Assembly: GCA_951406725.2 (NCBI GenBank)
Contig: OX597822.1
Coordinates: 37,758,001 to 37,822,000 of the forward strand
Direction of reading: 5' to 3'
DNA from: Octopus vulgaris
Taxonomy: Eukaryota
Length of the DNA: 64,000 nucleotides
In this document: piece by piece, positions 40,146 through 55,171 of the stretch
Numbering within the stretch: the stretch's first letter is position 1
Layout: every line of letters begins with the position of its first letter
The notes under the pieces: model-generated
Database searches by the model: none
Seen by the model: the letters and a program-made list of their open reading frames with translations, nothing else
Told to the model about the DNA's origin: nothing
Position numbers and translations under genes: made by a program

Positions 40146-40560
40146 ATGCTCAAGAACACAACGCACAGCCCGGTCCGGGCATCGAACACACTACCTCATG
40201 ATAGTGAACCCGACGCTTTAACCACCGAGCCATGTGCCTCCATATATCTATTTGTATATATATAAGGTAAAAAAAACCCTTTCGGTCATTAATGATCATG
40301 GAATTGTACCTAGAAAGTTTCTTCTTGTGGCACAAGTCTGGGCAAGGTTGTTTATGGAAGACTAACAGTCGCCCATACATACCAGCCTCCCCTTTTCACG
40401 GCACCAGTGTCATCAAAGGGGAAAACAAAGACCAATACAGCTTGGTACCAGTGACGTCACAGCTCATTTCTACAGCTGAGTGAACTGGAGTAACATGAAA
40501 TAAAGTGTTTTGCTAAAGGACACAGCACACGGCCCGGTCCGGGAATCGAACTCCTCACCC
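40146..40560 (-). mobile_element. Family B SINE head (40146-40241) and body (40275-40560)
   Basis: Homology to 3863-4198. Confidence 0.8.
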
Positions 40561-40621
40561 CATAATGCGCCAGTAATAACATCTACCATCCACAACTCCA
40601 GTCAACGAATAGCCCCTACAT

Positions 40622-40776
40622 CTATCATGAGCAAACTGCGGCCCGCTTGGCTTTCTGAATGGCACGTCTAATGTAAAAATCCCCTTGAATTTCTTTTATT
40701 TTTATTATTGCGTCTCGGTTGATGAAGCGCCATCTACCATGCGGCCCGCTTCTCGATAAAGGTTACCCATGCCTGT
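40622..40776. mobile_element. Probable hAT-type MITE
   Basis: Imperfect TIR cat(g)agcaa / ttacccatgcctg and repeated GCGGCCCGC subterminal motifs. Confidence 0.45.
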
Positions 40777-40992
40777 CCTGCATGGTCACTCATAACTGCT
40801 AGAAATAACTACGAAATTATACTCTGCCACCTTAAAGTAGTCGATATCTAATACTAATGTGTTTTATATTGTATTACAGATATTATGACATAAAAGGTTT
40901 AAAAAAGATGTGGTGCTCACATTAGGAACGCCTTTGGTCATAGTTCTGCTGAATCAGAGGCGACCGAGGATTAAACAACAACAACAACAACA

Positions 40993-41059
<67 letters not shown>

Positions 41060-41060
41060 T

Positions 41061-41213
<153 letters not shown>

Positions 41214-42264
41214 GATCGCCAAATGATCCAAACAATCTTGCCTGATTGGTGTTATCGATTAAATGTGCCTCGAATCACATTCTATTGCTCTTTTTCTTTT
41301 TCATCTATTTAAATACGAGGTGGTCAAATTTGGCACGCCCATGAATCATAAGCCTACATATTCAGAGCTGAGTTGAGGCTAAACAAGCTAACATCACCAC
41401 TGACCATTCAGTCAGATCTGAATCAGGTTTACACAAAAACAGCAAGCACCCACCCCACCACCACCATCGCGTCTACAAACACCACTGCCACCACCACCAC
41501 GACCATCACCACCACCACCACCACCACCACCACCACCACCACCACCACCACGACCACCACCACCAATACCACAACAGCGTCTACAAACGCCGCCACCACG
41601 ACCACCACGACCACCACGACCACCACTGCCACCGCGTCTCCAAACACCACCTCCACCGCATCTACAAACACCACCACCGTCACCCCACCACCAATACCAC
41701 CACAGCGTCTACAAACACCACCGCCACCATCACCGCCACCGCCACCATCACAACCATCCCCACCACCATCATCATCATCATCACCACCATTACCATCATC
41801 ATCACCACCAACAACTACCAACCGCACCACCACAGCCATTAGCCCCTCCATCACGCCATTACCATCAATACAACCACCGTTACCACCACCATCATCACCA
41901 CCACCACCACTACAACCATCACCACAATAACCACTACCACAGCCGTAGCAGTGACATCAATCTTAAACACTTTCAAAGAAAAATCAACACCAGCACCACC
42001 ATCACCAATAACAACAACAACAGTACCACCACCACCACCACCACCACCACCACCACCACCACCACCACCACCACCACCACCACCACTACCACCACCACCA
42101 TCACCATCACCACCGCTACCACCACCGCTACCACCACAATCATAACAACATCAAATACATTTCCAATCAAAGAAAACTTGTCTATGAAGTAAATATTAAA
42201 TCAATGACTGCGCGTCTGTATGTATGCGTGTATGCGTTTGTGTATGTGTGTCTATGTGTGTACG

Positions 42265-42307
<43 letters not shown>

Positions 42308-42395
42308 ACATAGAAATATTAAACTTATGTAAGTATATATGTATTTGTAGATCTGTACATTACACATACATGCATACACATTCGTGTATATATCC

Positions 42396-42471
<76 letters not shown>

Positions 42472-42593
42472 GTATGTATATATATATGTGTGTGTATATA
42501 TGTATATATATATGTGTGTATATATATATATATATGTGTATATATATATATGTGTATATATATAGAGATATATGGATATATGTACGTGCGTAC

Positions 42594-42650
<57 letters not shown>

Positions 42651-42853
42651 AACATACGCACGCGCGCACAGACATACATATTTGCATATATATGTAATGG
42701 TGTATGTATATAATTATGTATAAATGTATATTGAATTTATAAGTGTAAGCATCGCCATGTTTCTGCTTTTATATTAAGTAGGTGGATGGTCTGTTTTTTA
42801 ACCTGACTCTGTATTTGTATTAGTTTCGCGGTTTTTTCATGTATGCGCGAATG

Positions 42854-42946
<93 letters not shown>

Positions 42947-42987
42947 CCTACCTACCTACCTACCTACCTACCTACCTACCTACCTAC

Positions 42988-43046
<59 letters not shown>

Positions 43047-43129
43047 CCTACATACCTACATACCTACCTACCTACATAGCTATCTGTCAGCCTGTCGGAC
43101 TGTCTATGTATGTATATATGTATGTTTGT

Positions 43130-43541
43130 ATGTTATTGAGTTTTACTTCAAGATTTCTTCACAATAGGGAAAGAGCCAGTTTCTAACCTAGACCCAAGGC
43201 TGTTTCATTGGTATTTCAACATCAAAATCAGGGTATGTATGTATGTATGTATGTATGTATGTATGTATGTATGTATGTATGTATGTATGTATGTATGTAT
43301 GTATGTATGTATGTGTGTATGCGTGTATGTATGTATGTATGTATGTATGTATGTATGTATGTATGTATGTATGTATGTATGTATGTATACGTGCAGATTT
43401 GTATGTTTTGCTTTATGTAGGCCTTCTCATGCACATACTTGCTTATCTAGACATGCTCCTATATATTTAAATGATAAAACTTCTGGAAAGTTTTACAGAT
43501 TTTTACAGTTCGAGTGATGACTCTGTATGTATGCATGCATG

Positions 43542-43575
<34 letters not shown>

Positions 43576-43883
43576 TGTATGTATGTATGTATGTATGTAT
43601 GTATGTATGTATGTATGTATGTATATGTGCAGATTTGTATGTTTTGTTTTATGTATGTAATTTCATGCATTTAGTTCCATATCTAGACATGCTCAGACAT
43701 ATCTAAATGTTAAACCGCTTGAAAGTTTTACAGATTCTCACAATTCCAGATTTTTATAGTTCCAGTGATTGGATCTGTACTCGTCGAATTAGCTTTCTCC
43801 TTTCTGGTATTTAAGCAGTGTTTTACACATCCCAGGGTCCCACTAATTATAAGTATAAACCTGAACTTGTAATCTGGATAGAG
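43130..43883 (-). mobile_element. R4/Dong-type LINE extreme 3' end fragmented by (TATG)n, partly duplicated
   Basis: ITRTVKICKTFQKF C-terminus; 43820-43883 is homologous to 54313-54376. Confidence 0.55.
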
Positions 43884-44028
43884 TATGTATGTATGTATGT
43901 ATGTATGTATGTATGTATGTATGTATGTATGTATGTATGTATGTATGTATGTATGTATGTATGTATGTACGTACGTATGTATGTATGAATGTATGTATCT
44001 ATGTATATATATATTTATATATATATAC

Positions 44029-44093
<65 letters not shown>

Positions 44094-44143
44094 TTCAAAG
44101 CAATAATAATAATAATGATTCAAAGATGGAATTTATACATATT

Positions 44144-44279
44144 TTAATGCATCGCTACGCGCGTTTCCACAAATCTTACGATCATAATCCATATTCCTGG
44201 GATGATTACCGAATAGTCCGTAGTATCCATGGATATTGGGTGGATCATAGTTCATGCATCTCAGGTGACATGGCATTAA
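44144..44279 (-). ncRNA. Long-stem-II hammerhead-like motif (homologue of 4507-4657)
   Basis: Minus strand: gtcac CTGA-GA ... GAAA cgcgcg TA gcgat gcattaa. Confidence 0.45.
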
Positions 44280-44771
44280 CGTTGGAAGCAACGAATGTAT
44301 AACTGAAAGTTGTTTATCAATTTTGACAAATGAAAATGTCGAAGTTAGCAGTTCTGTGTGTATTTGGTGGGAGGAGTAGAAGGTGATGAAGGGAGGGAGA
44401 GAGGGTGAGGGAGAGACATAGAGAGGGAGAGAGGGAGAGAGAGGGAGAGAGAAGAATAGTAATAATAAAAGAGAGGGTGGTGATGTTAAACTTGTTTTGA
44501 TAGTTGTGTATATAGATGTCGGAATGGGTAGTATAGTTCGTTCCTTTGACCTTAGTAACAGCTGGCGCCTCCTCGGTGAATTCAGATATAGTAGAGTCAG
44601 AACGTACAGCTATTTTGTTGTTGATGCTCATTGTCTGAGTTGACGAGAATGATGTTCTCTTAAAGAGTCTTTTCAATTACTTTTGGTGGTACAATGCTAA
44701 TAGCATTCGAAAATAACGGTTATTTTGTTTAAACACATGAACATCTTTGCTCAGGTCACCAGAGGAAATTC

Positions 44772-44865
<94 letters not shown>

Positions 44866-44892
44866 GAGTAACAAAGATGTATAAGTGTCAAT

Positions 44893-44971
44893 TCATTACG
44901 ACCGTTTCGATTGACTCTATCAATTGGTCAATGAAAGCATTGCAACAAAGTAAACCGTTCTCATTAGATGA
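44893..44971 (-). ncRNA. Hammerhead-like motif with G5A (probably inactive)
   Basis: Minus strand: tcat CTAATGA ga...tc GAAA cggtcg TA atga. Confidence 0.45.
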
Positions 44972-45213
44972 CCGCATAGACCCCAGCATAAAGGGCAAGT
45001 TAGATATTTAAACAGATTAATATCATCCAATAGAGAGCAAATATGTACAATGATTCTGGTGAGCGGATTTATTCACTAATTTGGAGTGTGCCATCTGCAT
45101 ACACTGCATGAATATCGGGTGGAAAAAACTCTATGTAGAGTTTTGATACTCACCTAATATTGTTTGAGTGTGCAAATAAATCCATTCAGTCAACACCTCA
45201 AATGTAAAATTCT

Positions 45214-45304
45214 TCCCTGAAGACAGAGCTTGGTAGTATCCGATGATGGAATCAATTGACAATCATTATTTTGGACCACCAAGTCCCCAGAAACAGCTGT
45301 TGGA
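45214..45304 (+). ncRNA. Long-stem-II hammerhead-like motif
   Basis: tcc CTGAAGA ..cttggt....accaag.. GAAA cagctg TT gga. Confidence 0.5.
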
Positions 45305-45477
45305 CTCGTAAAACTTTTACTGAACCCTTTAATCCCTGCTGTCATTTCTATTTTGTAAATCGGACCTTTTTATCTGTTAACATACGTACATTTTTGTATC
45401 AAATATATCTAATATTTTTTGCATATTGACTTGTCTAATTTGCTTGTCCTTGCGTTTACTCATGTACCTGCTCAAGT

Positions 45478-45572
<95 letters not shown>

Positions 45573-45573
45573 C

Positions 45574-45607
<34 letters not shown>

Positions 45608-45640
45608 GTCTGTGTGTCGGTCAGTCTGTATGTATATGTA

Positions 45641-45710
<70 letters not shown>

Positions 45711-46559
45711 TATATACAAGTCTGTGTATGTATGTATATATGTATGTATATATGTATGCAGGTATATGTTTATGCATGACATATGTAATTCTTACTCTTT
45801 ATCTCTCAATCGAAATCTACCTCCATTACTATTCTTCATTTCTCAAAGTACTTCTCTCTCACACTTCTATATCATACACAAATTCTTCTCTCTTTCTCTT
45901 TCTTTCTCAATCATTCTCTTTATATCTCGCTCACTCTATACCTCTGTCATTTTATCATGTTACCTCTCTAATTTCTCCACTTAAAATCCTATCCTTTTCT
46001 TTCCTGCTATCTCTCCTTTATTACGTACACCATCTCTTCCTCTCTCACTATTTCTTTCATCCACCCTCATATTTCCCTATCTACTCGTCTAACTATTGCA
46101 TGACTATTAGTTTCCTCTCCTCAACGTCCCTTCCACGCGATCAATCTTACACTAATCTCTTTACCTATTTAATGAATCCCTGTTCATAATTCTTTCTGTC
46201 CCTCTTTTCCAAACTCTATCAAAACAGCTACTACGTTCTTCTTCCGCGTTCCTCCATTGTAACAGAAAGTGTTTGATACTAACAAAGAAAAGTGACACTT
46301 GACTTGGCTTTTATATACATACATACATACATACATACATACATACATACATGCATGCATGCATGCATACACACATACATGTATGTGTGTGTGTATATGT
46401 TTATGTTTATGTATATGTTGCTGTTCTTGTTATTGCTGTTCTTGTTGTTATTGTTGTTGTTGATGTTGTTCTTTTAACCCCTGGTAGGTCTTGAGCACGA
46501 AACCTATAACCCAAATCGTCACCATGCTTGTCTCTCAATTTGTAATTTGGTAATATAGT

Positions 46560-46564
46560 AGCAG

Positions 46565-46596
<32 letters not shown>

Positions 46597-47312
46597 ACAA
46601 CAACAACAACAACAACAACAAACAATAACAACAACAGCAGCAACGACAGCAACAATAACAACAACAACAGCAGCATCAGCAACAACAGCAACTGTCGCAA
46701 CAACAACAAAAACAATAGCAACAACAACAACAGCAACAGCAATAACAACAACAACAACAACAGCAACAACAACAGCAACAGCAACAACAACAACAACAGC
46801 AACAACAATAGCAACAACAATAATTACCGCAACAACAACAACGACAGCAACAACAACAACAACAGCAACGGAAACAACGACAACAACAACAACAGCAACA
46901 ACAATAGCAACAACAATAATTACCGCAACAACAACAACGACAGCAACAGCAACAACAACAGCAACAGCAACAACAACAACAACAGCAACAACAATAGCAA
47001 CAACAATAATTACCGCAACAACAACAACGACAGCAACAACAACAACAACAGCAACGGAAACAACGACAACAACAACAACAGCAACAACAATAGCAACAAC
47101 AATAATTACCGCAACAACAACAACGACAGCAACAACAACAACAACAGCAACGGAAACAACGACAACAACAACAACAGCAACAACAACAATTACCGCAACA
47201 ACAACAACGACAGCAGCAACAACAACAACAATAGCAACAACAACAACTGGAGCAACAACAACAACAGCAATAACAATAAAAAACTACCACAACAACAACA
47301 ATAACAACAACA
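46560..47312. repeat. (CAA)n-derived higher-order minisatellite
   Basis: Marker TTACCGC at 46824, 46920, 47010, 47106 and 47190 (periods 96, 90, 96, 84). Confidence 0.9.
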
Positions 47313-47334
47313 CTCTTTTGTCTTTTACCTTTAT

Positions 47335-47673
47335 TTACCTTTTACCTTTATTTAGTCAAATGAATCCACCTCCAAGTCTTATTCTTTTTTTTACGTCTGC
47401 TACTTATTCTATCGTCTCTTTTGCCGAACCTCTAGATTACGAGGACGTAAACAAACCAGCTCCGGTCGTCAAGCGGTGGTGGTGGACAAACACAGATACT
47501 CACACACACAGACGCCACATACGACGAGCTTCTTTTAGCTTCCGTCAACCAAATTCACTCACGAGGATTCTGTTGGCCCATGTCTATAGTAGAAGACACT
47601 TACCCAAAGTGCCATAGTGGAACTGAACACGGAACCTTGTGGTTGGGAAGCAAACTTCTTCCCGCACGGCCAC
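47335..47673 (-). mobile_element. Diverged family A SINE
   Basis: Homology to 36790-37197. Confidence 0.75.
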
Positions 47674-47708
47674 AATAACAACAAATTTTTAAAAATTCTT
47701 TCAAGTCG

Positions 47709-48140
47709 TTGGCAGAAACGTTAGCACGCCGGGCGAAATGCCTAGCGGTATTCCGTCTGTCTTTATGTTCTGAGTTCAAATTCTGCTGAGGTCGACTTTG
47801 CCTTTCATCCTTTCGGCGGGGGTGGTGGGGGTGGGGGTGGGTGTCGATAACTTAAGTACCAGTTACGCACTGGGGTCGATGTAATCGACTTAATCCCTTT
47901 GTCTGTCCTTGTCTGTCCCCTCTATTGTTAACCCCTTGAGGGCAATAAAGAAATAAGAAACGTTAGCACGCCGGGTGAAATGCTTAGCGTTATTTCGTTT
48001 ATCTTTACGTTCTGTGTTCAAATTCCACCGAGGTCGACTTTGCCTTTCATCCTTTCGGGGTCATACTGGGGGTCGATCTAAACGACTGGCCCCCTCCCCT
48101 CAAATTTCAGGCCTTATGCCTAGAGTAGACAAGAATATTA
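47709..48140 (+). mobile_element. Two tandem family D SINEs
   Basis: Repeated AGAAACGTTAGCACGCCGGG heads at about 47714 and 47956. Confidence 0.8.
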
Positions 48141-48255
48141 ACTTGTCAGATAAGTTTGCTTTTTTTTTTCTTACTTACTCAGCACTCCATTGCTGAAAAT
48201 AGGTAAAATTTATTCAGATATAAAAAACAATAAACAAAAATTGTGGATGGAATGG

Positions 48256-48624
48256 GAGCACTCCGTCGGTTACGACGATGAGGGTTCCGGTTGATCCGAA
48301 TCAACGGAACAGCCTGCTCGTGAAATTAACGTGTAAGTGGTTTAGCACTCCACAGACACGTGTACCCTTAACGTAGTTCTCGGGGATATTCAGCGTGACA
48401 CAGAGAGTGACAAGGCCGGCCCTTTGAAATACAGGTACAACAGAAACAGGAAGAAAGAGTGAGGGAAAGTTGTGGCGAAAGAGTACAGCAAGGATCACCA
48501 CCACCCCCTCCCGGAGCCTCGTGGAGCTGTAGGTGTTTTCGCTCAATAAACACTCACAACGCCCGGTCTGGGATCCTACGACCGCGAGTCCGCTGCCCTA
48601 ACCACTGGGCCACTGCGCCTCCAC
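48256..48624 (-). mobile_element. tRNA-derived SINE, family C
   Basis: Homology to 15266-15608. Confidence 0.85.
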
Positions 48625-49354
48625 TGAAAAATTGTAGAGGAAGAACAAAGCCACAAAAAGCCGTAAAGAAACTGGGATAAACATATTTTTTGTGTTAATT
48701 CAAACAGTAGAAATGAATAACATCAATGAAGAATGAGGCGAACAAAATTATCTGACAACCCAATACTGTAATTAACTAAATGTTAATTTTAATTTTTCTT
48801 ATTTTAATTAAATGTGACTAATTTTAGCTAAATGTCACTAATACTATTATCATACTTTTACTTTCAAAGTATGACACCATTTCTACACCTAATGGATTGT
48901 CCTCGGAGTCTTTATGTATATTTGATATGCAATACTTGTGACGCTGAATATAGCCTTAAAAACACATATAGCTAACATTGATATTTTTACTTCTCTTTCT
49001 GTAGTAGACAGCTTATTAATTCCTAACATATACAAACACGTCTATCTGTCCGTCTACCTCCCTTTCTATCTTCCTCTTTTTGACGCTGTCCCTATCTATA
49101 TATGCATGTATATATATATAAATACACACATACATACACACATATATATGTACACACACATATATGCATATATATAATATATGAATATATGTGTGCATAT
49201 ATATGTATATATTTATATATACACGCATGTTAAACTACAGATTTTACTATAGACATATGCACACATTAATTCACAGATGACATACATGCATACATACAAA
49301 CATACATACATACTCTTATACCTAAGAATGTGCAAAGAGACACAATCGCAAAGA

Positions 49355-49386
<32 letters not shown>

Positions 49387-49527
49387 TCGTTTTTGGATTT
49401 GGTTTACAAGATTCTTTATATGAGTTCGTGTGTTCTGTTGTGTCTGGGGAGAGTCATTTTCGTTTTGTGCCTTATAGTATAATACACTCACCGGTAAAAT
49501 TTCCACTTATTTCTTATTTTTATTTTC

Positions 49528-49564
49528 CTAAAATTTTTGTTGCATCTTGCAACCTTTTCAATAG
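49528..49564 (-). ncRNA. Minimal hammerhead variant with U3:A8 core (G12 decayed), inside an inverted repeat (49435-49487 / 49570-49619)
   Basis: Minus strand: cta TTGAAAA g gttgc-aagat-gcaac AAAA at TT tag. Confidence 0.45.
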
Positions 49565-49623
49565 TCTTGTGTTACATTATAAGGCACAAAAAGAAAATGA
49601 TTCTCACCTGACACAACAGTATA

Positions 49624-49687
<64 letters not shown>

Positions 49688-49991
49688 AAGAATACACGAG
49701 TACATACTTGAAACGCGCATATATATACATTCAAACATTCATTTGATATGTCATATATGTATATGGCGAATTAGGGAGACGTTCATAGATATACATTTAA
49801 GCATACACACTCATATGCACGCGTTATATGCATATCTACATATATATATATGCACATATATACATGTGCGTACACATACACGTACATACATATACACATG
49901 TTACATGTAATCATACATACAGTCGTACACACAATCCAGACAATAGTCACACAGCCAGAATTATATATGCACATCACAAACAAACGCAAAG

Positions 49992-50102
<111 letters not shown>

Positions 50103-50369
50103 AGCACACACACTGCCACATACACACACAAGCACACACACTGCCACATACACACATACACACACAAGCACACACACTGCTACATACACACATACTCCTT
50201 ATATATAACCAGGCACAGTTTCACACACCTTCATATACACACAAGTCTGTATGCACGCGAAGACTACACACAACCATACATCCAAAATAAAATATCCATA
50301 TAAACTAACACACACAGCTGTGGGCACTTATACCCACATACATACAACCAAAACTCTCTCTTTCTCCCT

Positions 50370-50405
<36 letters not shown>

Positions 50406-50922
50406 TATATATACACACACTACAGACAACCATACACCCACAGTCATACAAGCACATACTCAATACACTGCTATAGACATACACAAATACATGCACACAA
50501 TCACAAATACGGACAATATCCGTATGTGTGTGCGTGTGTGTGTATTTTCATGTTTTTACTTTTTATGTTATTTTTCGTTATTTTAAAAAACTTTTTGTTG
50601 TTGTTTTTCCCTCCAGTTTGACGTCATAGATTGACGGCTGTTTCAAGGAAGTAGTAGTACCCCCTCGTTCTAAATTGATATTTCCTTCCCAATAGAAGAC
50701 TTCATGGCAGAATGTCTGCAGTTGTTCTGCTAATGACGGTCTTGAACCTATTTTAGCTTCTTTCCGAACAGGAAATAAAGACTAGCTTCCCACTCGGTGC
50801 CGAGAAAGAGTGACACCTTGCAAGTGCTAACGGCTTCTATGCTCGCCTGACACAACAACGCTCAATATGGCTGAAGCCTTATCGTCTGCTCGGAGGACGT
50901 AAAAAGCATGTGTGTGTGTGTA

Positions 50923-50981
<59 letters not shown>

Positions 50982-51207
50982 GCGTGCGTGTGTATGTGTG
51001 TGTGCACGTGTGTGTGTGAGTGAGTGCGTGTGTGCTTGAGTGTGTGTGTGTATGTGTTTGAGTGAGTGTATATACATACATATACATACATATACATGCA
51101 TATACATACATATACATATATATAATTGGGTATATGTGTTTGAGTATTTGTGTGTGTGTGATGTGCCTGTACGCGCGTGTGTATGCGCGTGTGCGTTCGT
51201 GCGAGAG

Positions 51208-51244
<37 letters not shown>

Positions 51245-51367
51245 ATGTGCATGTGTTTTAGCCGTATATGTGTGTGTGTCTGTGTGTTTCTTTTGTGTAC
51301 GACGATTGTGTGCATGTGTGCATGCCATTTGTTTTAAATGTCATAGCCATGTACATACTTGTGAATG

Positions 51368-51434
<67 letters not shown>

Positions 51435-51871
51435 GTGTGCGTGTGTATGTGTATGTGTTTGTATGTGTGTGTATGTAGGTACGCGCTTCTGAACGTTCAT
51501 AACTTGTATATGCCTGACGATAAGTAAAGTTTTGTGTTTGTATATCTGTCTATAAACATATATATAAATATATATATATATATATATTAAACACATATAC
51601 ACACACAGATACATACACACATACATATACATACACGCACATGCAACCCCACCCATATATAAATATATATATATATATATATGTGTGTGTGTATGTGTAT
51701 TTATATATGCATAAATTTATATATATATTATTGTCTGCAATATATATTTACTTATATGTGTGTATGTGCGTGTCTCTATACATATATACATGCACACGCA
51801 TATACACATACATACACAGTATCTATGCTTCTACCGCATATAACTGGGAGGAACGCATCTCACACACACAC

Positions 51872-51931
<60 letters not shown>

Positions 51932-52559
51932 ACAACACCGAATCTTCCACAAAAGATGGTTTGGTACCTTCTTTTTTTTTTAGTCCGGATAAAATTACTA
52001 GCAGGAACTTAAAATTCTGGCTGCCGTCATACTGGGGGGCTATCAGATGGCGTTAAGGTTAGCGGCGCTATTTCAGATTTGCAATAGATTTTTCTCACTG
52101 CAGTTGTTAGTGGTAATAATTCTATTTCGTGTGATTCTTAGCTTATTCTGTTCAAATTAAAGCCTAACTGTGGATTCCAAAAGAGATACGTGTGTCACTA
52201 GTGGTATTAAATGTACGTATCGATCCAAAAGAAAGTTGAACTCTGAAAAAGCTTGTCTATGATGTTTCAGTGCGTAAGCTTTATAAAGTCTACAGTAACG
52301 GTTCATGAACTGTTTATGATAAAGGGAATTGTATTTAAATTCTATATAGACAAGAATTCCAAGAAGCAAGTCACAATGAAAAAACAAACAAACAAACAAC
52401 AACAATAGCAACAACAAACAAAAACAAAAAAAGCAATGAAATATGTTATAACTTCTGAATACGATTGAAGGATGACGGAATGGTTTCAATATCGTCGGAT
52501 TCATGGAATTGAGTGAAATTTTTTAGGTAGCATAATAATGGAGCTCCATAAGGAACTTA

Positions 52560-53570
52560 CATTAGAACTGGTGATTATAGTTCAGGATGGCTTCAAAGAT
52601 TCGAGCAATATCACAGAGCTTCCTTTAGTGAAGTGTGTAGAGAAACGCCGTTTGTAAACCACGAAGATACTGTCAAGTATGTGGATGGCATCGACAAGCT
52701 TGTAGTTGTTGAGCACTTCAATTCTAAGCAGGTTTGTAATGCAGGTGAAACTTCATGATATTAGCGATGCAAATATGAGAAGACATTAACAACAAAAGAT
52801 GAAGAAGCTTCTGAAGGATTCAAGCAATTCAAAGACGGATTTAACCATCTTAATGGCGTAAATGTCGCAGATACGTACAAATGTAAACACTTAGTGATAG
52901 GAAACAGTAAATGCTCATAACGTTGAAAAATATTAAATTTACCCAGTAAAATAACATTCAAATAAAAATGGCTGGAAGCTACCTCAGAATGGTTTGAAAA
53001 CTATTCTGTTCTAGAAGCCAGCGTACACTACACATCTGTAAACATGTATAATTCTTATTCTGAGCAAGTGTTCATTTGTAAGAAACACTATTTATACAAT
53101 GTATTTACCGACCGAGTGTATATGTCACTTAACCAACCCCCAAATCAAAGATTACAGTAATCTTTAGAAGTTAAATATCGCTTACTTTTCACGAAACGTA
53201 TGTTAAATGCAAGGGATAGGACAAGTCTGTACAAACATTTATTAGAGATTTTGATATGATGGTTCGTTGCTAGAGGAGGGTAGATGGCGGAACATCTACA
53301 TTTTAGTTTTGGCCGGTCTTGATGATTGATAATTCATCCGGAGAAAAGGTTGACAACGATTCACAATCAAAAGAAAAGTATCTTCATGCAAATATAAACG
53401 ACGTTTACAGGACCTATTATCGATATAAAGTAAATAATTTAAATGAAAATCTGACCAAGAGGATAAATATTGACCAAAAAATTATAGATATTGTTCAGAA
53501 TGTTGATAATAAAATAGGAAACAATGAAAATGACAATGATAAAGATGAAACAGATGAAACTGAATGACAT
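52560..53570 (+). pseudogene. Decayed pogo/Tigger-type (CENP-B-like DDE) transposase
   Basis: GWLQRF, QVCNAGETS, TLTTKDEEASEGFKQFKD, NVADTYKCKHLVIGNSK and an acidic C-terminal stretch. Confidence 0.7.
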
Positions 53571-54269
53571 TCCCATGGAGGGTTAGTTAATTGAGTTGGT
53601 GAATGAAATAATCAAAGAGTTAGAGCAACAGACCAACTTTGCTTAATAAGAACGAATAAATTTACATTTGTCGCATTAAAAAATCACTTATAGAAAAATT
53701 AAAACATGTAGTAACTTTGCTTGTGTGAAATGTTTCAAAAAGAGAGCTAACAATAGTGCAAAAGAGTCCGCTCGAACGGACAGCCATGTTAAAGTGGCTA
53801 CGAATATTACTTAACAATAATGGCTTTTGCGTTGCTTCAACTTCAAGTACCCGGTTATCCAGTCTACAGAACCAGAAATCTGAGATGAAAAGATCAACTA
53901 TGAAATTAACTGTAATCCTGACAGTGTTCATGATGCAATAAATAAATTTACATCTAAATTTTGTTTAATAATTTTGTTTAATTAGTCCTGTTTCACTGAT
54001 ACGGGTATCAGTATAATACAATAGTAATCAGCTTATTTCGTTTGTGTTAATGTAATTTCAGATAAATTTATTATTCATATAATTTAAGATTCTAACAGTT
54101 CATAGTGCTTTAGAGACAATGGAGAGTTTATAATTGATAAATTAGCACGATGATCGCAGATGACCACATCTGGTTCAATGAAACGCTTAATCCGGTTAGG
54201 ATTTACAACCAATGGTACTGGAAATTCGGTGTTGCAACACACATAAATTGAGAAAATCCCATTTGTTTA

Positions 54270-54900
54270 TGTGTGAGAAGCCTAATTTCTCAAGATTGCT
54301 ATTTAGGCAGTGTGTTACATATCCCAGGGCTCCAATAATTACAGGTATAAACCCGAATATGCAATCTGGGTAGAGTAATTACAGATTTCTCAAGAGTTCA
54401 TCATAGGTGTTCTCTTTTTTCACTGATCTTCAGCTTTATGTTAACATCCGCTGGGCAGCTAATTTCCACAACTGTGCACAGTTTCTCTTCTATATCCCAA
54501 ATCATTATATCAGGTCTGTTGTGCTTACATTTTATTGAGGTCTTCACTCGTACATTCCACTGTATTCCTTTTTATTATGAGTGGCTATGGCTTCTACCAT
54601 ATTGTGGGTTCTTAATTTTTTGTCCTCAGGATTATCCTTCCAACAGATTTCATTATAGAATGTCCAAGCTACAACATCATGTCTCATCAGCAGATAATAC
54701 CGTGATGACATTTTCGGACAACTGCTTATGATGTGCGTGATATCTTCAATGTGAACTCCACAGATTCTGCATTGGTTATCACACTTTACGGCATTTCCTG
54801 CATCTCTATCCCTTTTGTGCATCAGGTATTTGGTTGATAGTTCCTGTTCTTGGATTGCAAACGCTTACCTTTCAAAGTGGGAGGTAATAATCCGACTATT
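54270..54900 (-). pseudogene. R4/Dong-type LINE fragment (CCHC + RHD + REL)
   Basis: CRICGVHIEDITHIISSCPKMSSRYYLLMRHD (ORF 54544..54822-). Confidence 0.8.
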
Positions 54901-55014
54901 GGTATGTATGTATGTATGTATGTATGTATGTATGTATGTATGTATGTATGTATGTATGTATGTATGTATGTATGTATGTATGTATGTATGTATGTATGCA
55001 TGTATGTATCTATG

Positions 55015-55057
<43 letters not shown>

Positions 55058-55111
55058 ATATATATCTATCTGTCTCTTCTTCTTTCTCACTTTATCTTTC
55101 TCTCTCTGTAA

Positions 55112-55171
<60 letters not shown>

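Noticed and set aside
44317-44676. 119-aa ORF in a unique island
   Set aside because: Non-ATG start, runs into a GA repeat, and has no recognisable domain.
46676-47290. 204-aa poly-Cys ORF as metallothionein or keratin-associated protein
   Set aside because: It is the antisense reading of a (CAA)n-derived repeat, with a non-ATG start and no typical Cys spacing.
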